DNA of 64,000 nt from Minisyncoccota bacterium (GTDB taxonomy: Bacteria > Patescibacteriota > Minisyncoccia > Phycocordibacterales > UBA9973), in assembly GCA_035510575.1 (NCBI GenBank), contig DATKGV010000012.1, positions 7,596 through 71,595 on the forward strand, in the 5' to 3' direction. Below the pieces are notes generated by a model. It was given only the letters and a program-made list of their open reading frames with translations. It searched no databases and had not been told where the DNA came from. Shown here piece by piece: positions 1-8,308 of the stretch. The first letter of the stretch is position 1; each line of letters begins with the position of its first letter. Both the position numbers and the translations under genes were made by a program.

Positions 1-354
1 ATTTCCGTACGGATTTTTTTGTACAAATATCGCATTGGAACGGATGAGATTTCGAAGCGAAGTGTTTATGGACGGACGAGACAATCCTGTACCAAAGTCG
101 AGCTGCTTTCCCTGATGTGATTTGATGCCATTCTCAAACTGAGTGAAGCTTATACTGTCTTCGTCCTTGTGAAATCCAAATGTGCGACGGCAGATGTAGA
201 GAAGACATCGCGCTTCGGCCTCCGGTAATCTAGGAAGAACAAAATCCAAAATGATATTTGGAATCTGAGAACTATTGGGTATTAAATTTTGTTTATGATC
301 GTCCATTGTTTTTGGAAGAGAGAAGCATCGACTTTTAATCGATGTTTCTCTCAT
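1..354 (-). CDS. Partial ORF running off the left edge of the window. N-terminal winged-helix, replication-initiator/replisome-organizer-like protein (phage or plasmid type).
   Basis: Hand translation of the minus strand gives an open frame from an ATG at 354 to position 1 with no stop codon. The product, MRETSIKSRCFSLPKTMDDHKQNLIPNSSQIPNIILDFVLPRLPEAEARCLLYICRRTFGFHKDEDSISFTQFENGIKS..., has a wHTH pattern typical of phage replication proteins. GC is about 50%. This ORF is not in the supplied track because it is truncated at the window edge. Confidence 0.3.
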   Translation of the reverse strand, partial: MRETSIKSRCFSLPKTMDDHKQNLIPNSSQIPNIILDFVLPRLPEAEARCLLYICRRTFGFHKDEDSISFTQFENGIKSHQGKQLDFGTGLSRPSINTSLRNLIRSNAIFVQKNPYGN

Positions 355-459
355 ATTGTTTTGCCGTCGACCTTTACTCGGCCGTGTCGGGGATTAGCCC
401 CCGATCTCAGCCCTCATGCCACTGCGACAAGGGCTGAGTCAGTGGCGAATCCCTATCGG

Positions 460-1641
460 TTATTTGCCACTTTTCTTTGCCTTGTCAGCTGTGGGTTTCT
501 TGGGACCGTCTTCTTTTGAGTCTCGAAGGTCTTTGTCGAACTTTTCCGCCGGTGTTAATTCCGCCGGAAGCTCGCCTTTTGCTTCGGCGACTTTCTGCTT
601 TCCGAATTCGACCACTCGGGCGAATCCATCCTCGAGAAGTTCCGGCGACATCATTTCGATGGCGGACCAGCTTCGAGTATTGAAGGCATACTCAAGCGCA
701 TCGGTCTTATTTTTCTTTTCCGCTGCGCTTGAGCTTGGCCAGAGCGATACGAGGTAGCCCTCAATTTCTTCTAGCCATCGCTTTTTACCCTGTACCCATT
801 TGCGCTTGTCTTCTTCGGTCTTGATCAAGTCGCCGGCATCCTGTTCGGCATAGCTGAACCGTGCCGCAATTGGATCTTTAATGATCGCTTCAATGGCAGG
901 AGCAAAGTCTTCGTAGGTCGGGTTTTTAAATACCGCACCATCGAGGAGATTGCCTCGCCCTTTGAGGACCACTGACTGACGCCAGACTTCGCGCTTCTTG
1001 CGTTGGATGAGTTCGTGGCGCTCCATGAGTACCAAGACATCAAATTCATATGCGGCGTTTTTCTCTGCCTGCATCTTCACTCCGGTCTTGGTGAACTCCT
1101 TGCGTCCGTCCTCGTCCACTTCCTGCTCCATGCGATCCGACACGCGGCCGGTTGCAAGGATATGCAGGGGTGATTGCACGAGTGGGATTGAAAAGTATTT
1201 ATTCCACTCGCTCTTGATCGACATCCAATCCTGTATCTGGAATGTCTGTCGATTAAGTTTCTTCTTATAAGCTTCTTGGAAGTCCATCCAGATGTGAGTG
1301 ATGCTGTCGATCACCATGATGTCGGCATATCCATCCGAACAGAGCTTCATTGCTTTTACCAAGTCGGCCAGCGAGTGTGTCTCGCGCACCATCGCTTCGA
1401 TTCCATTCTCTTTGAAAAGAGGAATCAGAAACTTTGATGCTTTCTCGGTATCAATAAGCACAATCGGCTTCTTACTGTTGATCTTCTTATGAAGACCAAT
1501 CGCTACTAATGCGGCAGTCCAACTTTTACCGGTTCCCGGTTCCCCTTCAAATGCCGCTTTGAAGAAAGGTTTTGTGTTCCCGATGGCGGTGAAGAATGTA
1601 TCTTCAGCTGTCGGAGAACTGCTTCGTTCTAGTGTTTGCAT
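460..1641 (-). CDS. P-loop ATPase, phage-associated AAA/RecA-like (AAA_24/Sak4-like).
   Basis: Walker A motif GEPGTGKS near the N-terminus and a Walker B-like MVIDSITH. GC of about 50% is atypical for the window. Confidence 0.5.
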   Translation of the reverse strand: MQTLERSSSPTAEDTFFTAIGNTKPFFKAAFEGEPGTGKSWTAALVAIGLHKKINSKKPIVLIDTEKASKFLIPLFKENGIEAMVRETHSLADLVKAMKLCSDGYADIMVIDSITHIWMDFQEAYKKKLNRQTFQIQDWMSIKSEWNKYFSIPLVQSPLHILATGRVSDRMEQEVDEDGRKEFTKTGVKMQAEKNAAYEFDVLVLMERHELIQRKKREVWRQSVVLKGRGNLLDGAVFKNPTYEDFAPAIEAIIKDPIAARFSYAEQDAGDLIKTEEDKRKWVQGKKRWLEEIEGYLVSLWPSSSAAEKKNKTDALEYAFNTRSWSAIEMMSPELLEDGFARVVEFGKQKVAEAKGELPAELTPAEKFDKDLRDSKEDGPKKPTADKAKKSGK

Positions 1642-1721
1642 AATTTATTTTGCTTGACACCACGAAGGGGTCTTTGATACACTTGTATCTGTTTGATGAA
1701 AGGCTCCCTTCGAGGGGTCTT

Positions 1722-2039
1722 TTATTTTTTCTCTAGTAATGTGCTGATTCGTTTGTCAGCGTCAGCAAGCATGTCTTTCTTGATTTGCTTGATGATTTCT
1801 CTGAGTAATCCATCGCGGATGATTCCATGAGCCATGACCATGGCTTTCTCGTCTTCCGCATCCATGTTGGTTAGCTTGCCCATAAGTTCGCCGGTGTATT
1901 CGGCTACCTGGTCAAATGTCTCTGCAAGGATTCGTTCGTCGACAATTGCCGGCGCTCTATCCTCGACTAGTTTTAATGCTTCCCTCGCTAGTACTTTCAT
2001 TTGTGCTTTGTTTGGCATCTGTGTCTTCTTTGAGCTCAA
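1722..2039 (-). CDS. Hypothetical protein. It overlaps the upstream ORF, so its true start may be an internal Met.
   Basis: ORF only. It lies in the GC-rich block. No motif recognised. Confidence 0.25.
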   Translation of the reverse strand: MSSKKTQMPNKAQMKVLAREALKLVEDRAPAIVDERILAETFDQVAEYTGELMGKLTNMDAEDEKAMVMAHGIIRDGLLREIIKQIKKDMLADADKRISTLLEKK

Positions 2040-2286
2040 ACTTAAGGTCGCGCCTCTTTTGATTTTTAAGGCTTAGGGCGACGTTCTTCTTCAGTCGTAG
2101 CTCGTTAGGCTGATAATCGATATCGACTTGATCGCCTATTTGCAGTCGATACTTTTCTGTGAGCCATCTACCTTCGAGGATTAAAGCTGGTATGCCATAT
2201 CTTCGATAGGTAACCGCTCTAGTTTTTTTAAGTGTTTTCATTGCTAGCATCTGCCGTTGTACATCGGCTGATCTCTTTCGAGACAA
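1957..2286 (-). CDS. Small AbrB/SymE-fold protein (SymE-like).
   Basis: The segment IPALILEGRWLTEKYRLQIGDQVDIDY resembles the SymE/AbrB swapped-hairpin core IPAITLKGQWLEAAGFxxGTxVDV. Confidence 0.35.
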   Translation of the reverse strand: MSRKRSADVQRQMLAMKTLKKTRAVTYRRYGIPALILEGRWLTEKYRLQIGDQVDIDYQPNELRLKKNVALSLKNQKRRDLKFELKEDTDAKQSTNESTSEGSIKTSRG

Positions 2287-2350
2287 TGTTGTCAGACTTC
2301 GCTCTCGTCTGATTGGTTAATAATTTCGACCTTTAAGGCGAGCGTAAGCG

Positions 2351-2384
2351 GGCAATAAAAAAGCCCTGCTTTTTTCGCAGGGCT
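2351..2384 (-). terminator. Rho-independent terminator downstream of gap.
   Basis: Stem AGCCCTGC / GCAGGGCT with loop TTTTTTC. On the minus strand it is followed by TTTTTATT. Confidence 0.7.
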
Positions 2385-2409
2385 TTCTTGAAATTTTCTT
2401 ATATGGTTT

Positions 2410-3453
2410 TTATTTTATACTTTGTCCAGTCTTGATGACGTGTTCGACCAACGTGTGGGTGTACCCCATTTCATTGTCGTACCAGCCCATGACTTTCACA
2501 AGATTGCCTCCGACAACGCGAGTCATTTCAAGGTCAGCGATTGAAGCATGAGAATTTCCAAGTATGTCGCTTGAAACCAATGGTTCATTTGTGACAGCAA
2601 ATAATTTGTCCCAACGCTTATCAGCTGATGCTTTCTTTAATATTTCATTCACTTCTTCTTTTGTTGTTGGTCGCTTTGAAATGAAAGTAATATCAACAAT
2701 TGAGCCGGCTATCACTGGCACGCGGATAGATATGCCATCAAAGAGACCTTTTAGCTCTGGGAACGCTTCTGTGACTGCAATAGCAGCACCTGTAGAGCTA
2801 GGAACGATATTCTGAGCGGCAGCCCTGCCTTCACGCAGGTCTTTCTTGCTTGGTCCATCCACAAGTGATTGACTAGCAGTATAACCATGAACAGTATTTA
2901 AAATTGCCTTCTCTATGCCTAAACTCTCATGTAATATTGCAATAAGTGGCGATGCAGCATTTGTCGTGCAAGAAGCGTTTGAAGTTATATCGCAAATGCC
3001 GAATTTGTCTTCATTAACTCCAAGCAATATTGTTTCGCCTTTCGCGCTGCCAAGCGAAGATTTTGAAGGTGCTGATATGACAACTTTCTTTGCTCCGCAA
3101 GTTATATGGAATTGCGCTTTGTCATATGAAGTAAACAAGCCGGTAGATTCAACAACAACATCAATATTTAAGTCCTTCCATGGTAGTTTTGCCGTATCTT
3201 TTTCTGAAATAAACTTAACTTTTTTATTGTCAATAATAAAATCAGTGCCAGAAATTTTCACATCATGATTCCAGTCATGGTAGACAGTGTCATGACGAAG
3301 CAAATACGCCAAGCTATCAATAGAACCGAGATCATTGACAGCAACTATCTCAATGTCCTCCCTTTCCCATGCGATTTTTAGAAATGCCCGGCCAATCCTG
3401 CCAAAGCCATTAATTGCCACCCGAACTTTTTTTGTATTGTTGAATAATTTCAT
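2410..3453 (-). CDS. gap: Glyceraldehyde-3-phosphate dehydrogenase.
   Basis: N-terminal NAD-binding motif INGFGRIGR. Catalytic motif SNASCTTN. Confidence 0.92.
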   Translation of the reverse strand: MKLFNNTKKVRVAINGFGRIGRAFLKIAWEREDIEIVAVNDLGSIDSLAYLLRHDTVYHDWNHDVKISGTDFIIDNKKVKFISEKDTAKLPWKDLNIDVVVESTGLFTSYDKAQFHITCGAKKVVISAPSKSSLGSAKGETILLGVNEDKFGICDITSNASCTTNAASPLIAILHESLGIEKAILNTVHGYTASQSLVDGPSKKDLREGRAAAQNIVPSSTGAAIAVTEAFPELKGLFDGISIRVPVIAGSIVDITFISKRPTTKEEVNEILKKASADKRWDKLFAVTNEPLVSSDILGNSHASIADLEMTRVVGGNLVKVMGWYDNEMGYTHTLVEHVIKTGQSIK

Positions 3454-3490
3454 AATTCGATTATATCATTTTATTATTATAAATTACAAA

Positions 3491-3513
3491 ATTTAGTAGT
3501 TGAACTACTAAAT
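3491..3513. repeat. REP palindrome copy 1: ATTTAGTAGTT-G-AACTACTAAAT.
   Basis: Perfect palindrome with 11-bp arms, 22 bp upstream of the RAYT start. Confidence 0.8.
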
Positions 3514-3534
3514 TTATGATATAATCAAATAATC

Positions 3535-4164
3535 ATGAGAAATCATATTTTTGAAATTGGGAAATATTATCATATTTATAATAGAGGAGTAGATAAAAGA
3601 GATATTATTTTAGACGAAGAAGATATTAAAAGGTTTTTGCAAAGTTTAATTGAATTTAATACTATTGATCCAATTCAAAGTATTTTTCAACAACACTTAA
3701 AGAAAAAGTTAAAATTTAGTAGTTCAACTACTAAAAAACAATTGGTTTCTATTGTTGCTTATTGTATAAATCTTAATCATTTCCATTTACTCATTACTCC
3801 TCTAGTAGATAAAGGAATTGAAAAATTTATGCAACGTATTGGTGGTTACACTAGGTTTTTTAATGAAAAATATGATAGATCTGGAGCTTTATTTCAAGGA
3901 AGATTCAAATCAAAAATTATAGAAGATAATAATTACCTTCTTAATTTAAGTGCTTATATAAATTTTAATAATAGAAAAGAAGATGGAGATTTTATTTCAG
4001 AATTTAGTAAATCAAGCCTTGAGGAGTATATTCAAGATGACACAAAAGGTCTTTGTTCCAAAAAAATAATTTTATCTAATTTTAAAAATAAAAAAGATTA
4101 TTTAGAATTTGCAAAATCTTCATGGAAAGAAACTTTAAAAAGAAAAGAAGAAGTAGAATTTTAG
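3535..4164 (+). CDS. REP-associated tyrosine transposase (RAYT, IS200/IS605 TnpA-like Y1 HUH transposase).
   Basis: HUH motif HFHLLI. Conserved GYTRFFNEKYDRSGALFQGRFKS block typical of Y1 transposases. YHIYNRG near the N-terminus. Flanked by REP palindromes. Confidence 0.7.
   Translation: MRNHIFEIGKYYHIYNRGVDKRDIILDEEDIKRFLQSLIEFNTIDPIQSIFQQHLKKKLKFSSSTTKKQLVSIVAYCINLNHFHLLITPLVDKGIEKFMQRIGGYTRFFNEKYDRSGALFQGRFKSKIIEDNNYLLNLSAYINFNNRKEDGDFISEFSKSSLEEYIQDDTKGLCSKKIILSNFKNKKDYLEFAKSSWKETLKRKEEVEF
3715..3735. repeat. REP palindrome copy 2: TTTAGTAGTT-C-AACTACTAAA. It lies inside the RAYT ORF and is in frame.
   Basis: Perfect palindrome. It encodes KFSSSTTKK within the RAYT. Confidence 0.8.
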
Positions 4165-4178
4165 TAGTTGGACTACTA
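4162..4178. repeat. REP palindrome copy 3: TAGTAGT-TGG-ACTACTA.
   Basis: The palindrome overlaps the RAYT stop codon TAG. Confidence 0.75.
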
Positions 4179-4939
4179 TTATTTATATAATTTAAAACAT
4201 TTATTCTTAAGTATAGCTACTTCTTTTATTATATTTAGTTTTGATGCATATTTTACATCCTCATCAAATTCCCAACTACGTAATTCTCTTCCACTAATAG
4301 AATCCCAAATTAATTTTTTAAATTTGGATTTAGATTTTTTATATGCATTTAAACACACTTCTACTTCTGGTGATTTTGTTCCTTTTAAATAACTAATTAT
4401 TAATCCCGCTCCTAAATAATCTTCAATATTGGGACGTAATTCCTTATCCCCCTCCATCTTTCTCCACAAGATATAATAGTAACAGGTATTTTATTAAATT
4501 TTCTTATTCTATTAACTATTTGCGCCACAGGACGAGCATTTATTATGGAACCAATAAAAACAAAATCATTATTTTCAGCTATTTTAGAATAAGTTGAACC
4601 ATTACGAGATGGTAATAAAAATTTTTTACCATTACATGATTTATTAAAAGACAAAGAAGATAAGGATTGTTTATTATAAAGTTTTGCTTCTGACCTTCCT
4701 AATACAACTTCTGCATTAATCTCTTTTGCATATGAATCTATATCTTCTATTTCTGTTTTTGAAAAAGGAAAAATTTCTGATCCATAGTGAATTGCTGTTG
4801 TTACAGTAGTGGAGAAACTCAAAATATCAACAATTATAATAATATCTTTTCTTTTTACTGCTTCTTTTATACCATTTAGACCCCAATCCAATTTACATTC
4901 AAATGGTTCTTGATTAAATACATTATCTGTTTCTTTCAT
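4179..4939 (-). pseudogene. 2-phosphosulfolactate phosphatase family (ComB-like), split by a frameshift at a G5/C5 homopolymer near 4440-4446.
   Basis: Two adjacent-frame ORFs, 4412..4939 and 4179..4469, together resemble ComB: VDILSFSTTV; FLLPSRNGST...ISCGERW; EDYLGAGLIISYL. The frames are joined by a +1 shift at GGGGG. Confidence 0.5.
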
Positions 4940-4951
4940 TATTTTTGAGAA

Positions 4952-4978
4952 AATTTTAGTAGTTGGACTACTAAAATT
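4952..4978. repeat. REP palindrome copy 4: AATTTTAGTAGT-TGG-ACTACTAAAATT.
   Basis: Near-perfect palindrome just upstream of the ComB-like gene start. Confidence 0.75.
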
Positions 4979-4984
4979 ATTAAT

Positions 4985-6433
4985 TTATTTTAATAACTCT
5001 TTTAATATCTTCTGAACAAGTGCAGGATTAGCCGAACCTTTGGTTTCCTTCATAATTTGGCCGACAAGTGACATAAGGGCATTTTCCTTGCCCCCTTTAT
5101 ATGTTGCTACCACTTGCGGATTAGCATCAATAACTTTTTGAACGATTTCTTTAAGCGCGCTCTCATCATGATTCTGTATCAGTCCCTTCTCATTGGCTAT
5201 TTTTTCCGGAGATTCGTCGTTGACTACAATCATAGCAAGCATATCTTTGGCTACACGAGATGAAATTTTTCCATCAGTTGCCATATTTATAAGCTCGGCA
5301 AAGTTTTTAACGCTTGGAAGTTTAATATCTCCATTTAATTTTTTTAACCCCAAATAATCAGAAGTTATATAATTGGAAGATATTTTAATTTTATTTTTAT
5401 CATTTAATATTTTAGCAATATCTTCAAACCATGTTCCAAGTTCAATATCAGTAATATAGCTTTCAATATCCTCATCTTTTATTCCGTAATCATTCTTATA
5501 ACGATTTCGTTTTGCGCTTGGCAATTCAGGCAAGCTTTTCCTTATTGCTTCAATATCAAAGACCTTGCTTAAATACAATTTTGGCAAATCAGGGTCCGGG
5601 AAATAGCGATAATCATTAGCATTTTCTTTTGAACGCTGAGAGAAAGTTATTTGTTTATTCTCATCCCAACCACGAGTTTCTTGAACTATTTCACTTCCCT
5701 TTCCAGCATCAAGTAATTCTGTCATTCTTTTAATTTCAAATTCTGCTGCTCGTTCAACTGCGCGAAAAGAATTGATATTTTTTATTTCGCATTTTGTGCC
5801 TAATTTATCAGGATTATCAGAAAGTGATATATTAAGCTCCACTCGCATTTGGCCTTTTTCCATATTTGCTTCTGAGACGCCAAGATAACGAAGCAAAAGC
5901 TGTAATTCACGGCCAAAGTTCCCCGCTTCTTTAGCGCTGTGTATAACTGGTTCAGTAACAAGTTCCATAAGCGGTACGCCTGCGCGATTAAAATCTACAA
6001 GCGAATAATCGCCCTTGTCGTGCTTGCTTGTTGCTGTATCTTCTTCAAGATGAACTCGAGTTATAGCAACTCCATTTAATTCTCCGCCTGAAACGATCGG
6101 AAATTTATATTGAGAAATCTGATACGCCTTTGGTATGTCGGGATAGAAATAATTTTTGCGGTCAAATTCGGTAAAATCGGCAATATTGGCATTCAGTGCA
6201 AGCCCTACTTTTATAACATATTCAACTGCTTTCTTATTTATTACAGGCAAAGTGCCGGGGTGTGCCATGCAGACCGGGCAGATATTTACGTTTGGCGCAT
6301 CTATATCTGGATTATTGGCGCAACCGCAAAACATCTTTGAATTTGTCTTCAATTCCGCGTGAATTTCAAGGCCTATGGTTGTGTAATATTGTTTCGGCAT
6401 TGGTTGATTATAGCAAAAGTTGTAAAATTTCAA
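4985..6433 (-). CDS. gatB: Asp-tRNA(Asn)/Glu-tRNA(Gln) amidotransferase subunit B.
   Basis: N-terminus YYTTIGLEIHAELKTNSKMFCGC. C-terminal GatB/YqeY domain. Confidence 0.9.
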   Translation of the reverse strand: MKFYNFCYNQPMPKQYYTTIGLEIHAELKTNSKMFCGCANNPDIDAPNVNICPVCMAHPGTLPVINKKAVEYVIKVGLALNANIADFTEFDRKNYFYPDIPKAYQISQYKFPIVSGGELNGVAITRVHLEEDTATSKHDKGDYSLVDFNRAGVPLMELVTEPVIHSAKEAGNFGRELQLLLRYLGVSEANMEKGQMRVELNISLSDNPDKLGTKCEIKNINSFRAVERAAEFEIKRMTELLDAGKGSEIVQETRGWDENKQITFSQRSKENANDYRYFPDPDLPKLYLSKVFDIEAIRKSLPELPSAKRNRYKNDYGIKDEDIESYITDIELGTWFEDIAKILNDKNKIKISSNYITSDYLGLKKLNGDIKLPSVKNFAELINMATDGKISSRVAKDMLAMIVVNDESPEKIANEKGLIQNHDESALKEIVQKVIDANPQVVATYKGGKENALMSLVGQIMKETKGSANPALVQKILKELLK

Positions 6434-6465
6434 AAATTATGTAATTATTTACTCGTAATAATATT

Positions 6466-6547
6466 GCCCGAGTGGCGGAATTGGTATACGCGCACGACTT
6501 AAAATCGTGTCTCGCAAGGGATGTGGGTTCGATTCCCACCTCGGGCA
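6466..6547 (+). tRNA. tRNA-Leu, anticodon UAA, type II with a long variable arm.
   Basis: Acceptor stem GCCCGAG/CTCGGGC. Anticodon stem CACGA/TCGTG with loop CTTAAAA. T-arm GTGGG-TTCGATT-CCCAC. No encoded CCA. Confidence 0.9.
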
Positions 6548-6592
6548 CAAAGAAAAAAAGCAGGCAAAATACCTACTTTTAATTTTGAGAAT

Positions 6593-6958
6593 TTAATTAG
6601 TTTGAACACCCAGCTTTTTTTGTATGGCATTTATATTCAATGTTTTATCTATTGCAGATTGGTCTACTGTTGGAAGCTTTAAACTTGGTATGACGCTTTG
6701 TACTTGGTTAATTCCCTGGCTGATTGCGCTTCCCCAAATTACATTATTCCAAACATACATGACAGGTTTAGAAAGATATTTATTCCAGATATCTTGGCCT
6801 GTCTGTTCAATATAATTTACATTGCCTTGGAATTGAGGAGAATTAATGAAGGATTTGATATTAACCTTAAACAGAACAAACAAAATTATTATTATAATAA
6901 TTGCTCCCCCGATATGGATATGTATATTTGATCTTGGTTTTTGCATATCTTCACTCAT
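6593..6958 (-). CDS. Hypothetical membrane-anchored protein.
   Basis: N-terminal TM helix GGAIIIIIILFVLF. Confidence 0.35.
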   Translation of the reverse strand: MSEDMQKPRSNIHIHIGGAIIIIIILFVLFKVNIKSFINSPQFQGNVNYIEQTGQDIWNKYLSKPVMYVWNNVIWGSAISQGINQVQSVIPSLKLPTVDQSAIDKTLNINAIQKKLGVQTN

Positions 6959-6973
6959 GCTCCTATTTTATCA

Positions 6974-8290
6974 CTAATCTCGAGCTGTGTCATTCTTAAT
7001 CATATTTGCTGATATTTTAGGCAGGTAAAGAAGTGGATCAAGATAAGCGCTTGTCGGCGCGATTGGCATAATGAACGTCTTGCCATTACAGCTTAAGCTT
7101 GGCACCGTCTTCACATCAGCGCCTTGAGATGCATAAACCGTCACGTGCAAATGCGGCGCAGTTGAGTGGCCAGTATTGCCGGATAATGCGACCACATCTC
7201 CTGTTTGAACTTTTTGACCGGCAACTCCCAATATTAATGATAAATGGCCGAATGTGCTCGATAGCCCGTTATAATATCTTATGAAAACCCATTTGCCGAA
7301 AGATGCTCCTTTGCAATATTGATCAGTATCGCCTGTGCCGATGATTGTGCCTGCACCCATTGATTTGACCTGCGTGCCGATTGAAGCTCTGAAGTCCACA
7401 CCGCTATGAGAACCTGAGACATAGAGGCGCTTCGCCGCGACTGTTTTCCCAAAAAGCTGCGTTACAAAGACACTATCAAGAGGCCAGGATAAAACGCTTG
7501 ATCCTTCTGCCGGCAGAAGATTAGGATTTAATATGAATTTAAGCTGCGATTCATAATCGCTTAATTTCTTTTCAAATTCATCGCGCTTTTTCTGGCGGTC
7601 AGCCAGAAGCTTTTTATACGCTGATTCTGTATTTTTAGTTTCAGTCAGGAGATCGCTATTTTCTTTTTTTGTTATTTCTATAACCTGTTGCTTTTGTATC
7701 AAATTATTCTTTAGAGTCGTCAAATTCTTTTGCTCAGTTTCTTTCTTGTTTTTTGATATATTGAGCGAATTTATTTGTTCTCCCAAATCTATGATATGCT
7801 TCCGTATTCCTTCATTGATATTCAATATGTTATTATACTCCCTGCTCATACTGGCCAGATCATCTTGAGAGAGTAATTTTTCTATCGTAGTCAAACTATC
7901 GCTCTCATTCAAATCTTTCAGCATTTTAATCAAAGAACTTTTTGATTCATTTACTGATTTTTGCTGAATGCTTATATTGCCGGACAATTCCTGGATAACC
8001 AGATTTGCCGCGACAATTTTCTTTTGCGTTTGCGCTTTTTCCGTGAGCAGCTTGGATCTTGTTAAAGCAAGTTCTTTAATCAAATTTGCCAAAGTATTCG
8101 ATTTTTCATTGGTTTGCGATATTTGCGCTTGATATTGGCTTATTTCATTATCAAGGGCTTGTATTTGGCTGTTAACATCATTTATTTGCTTATTCAAATC
8201 TTCGGCTGTTGCGGAGTAAATATGATGTGCCGGAACGCAAAAAATAGACACCATAATTATCAAGCTTGCTATAAATATCAGCTTTTTCAT
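6974..8290 (-). CDS. M23 family peptidase (LytM/EnvC-like) with a signal peptide and a long coiled-coil.
   Basis: C-terminal M23 motifs HSGVDF...GNTGHSTAPHLH. Q/N/K-rich coiled coil. Confidence 0.75.
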   Translation of the reverse strand: MKKLIFIASLIIMVSIFCVPAHHIYSATAEDLNKQINDVNSQIQALDNEISQYQAQISQTNEKSNTLANLIKELALTRSKLLTEKAQTQKKIVAANLVIQELSGNISIQQKSVNESKSSLIKMLKDLNESDSLTTIEKLLSQDDLASMSREYNNILNINEGIRKHIIDLGEQINSLNISKNKKETEQKNLTTLKNNLIQKQQVIEITKKENSDLLTETKNTESAYKKLLADRQKKRDEFEKKLSDYESQLKFILNPNLLPAEGSSVLSWPLDSVFVTQLFGKTVAAKRLYVSGSHSGVDFRASIGTQVKSMGAGTIIGTGDTDQYCKGASFGKWVFIRYYNGLSSTFGHLSLILGVAGQKVQTGDVVALSGNTGHSTAPHLHVTVYASQGADVKTVPSLSCNGKTFIMPIAPTSAYLDPLLYLPKISANMIKNDTARD

Positions 8291-8308
8291 TATAAGTTTA
8301 TTATACTA

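Noticed and set aside
289-757. Plus-strand ORFs 289..519, 416..757 and 477..683 overlapping the ATPase gene and the partial replication ORF.
   Set aside because: They lie antisense to, or overlap, longer ORFs with recognisable motifs and carry no motifs themselves. Likely spurious frames in a GC-rich segment.
6110-6444. Plus-strand ORFs inside gatB (6110..6340, 6156..6362, 6262..6444), and similar antisense ORFs inside gltX, murG, mraY, dnaK, rpoA, alaS and other genes.
   Set aside because: They are antisense to strongly supported conserved genes and have no motifs. They were treated as spurious.
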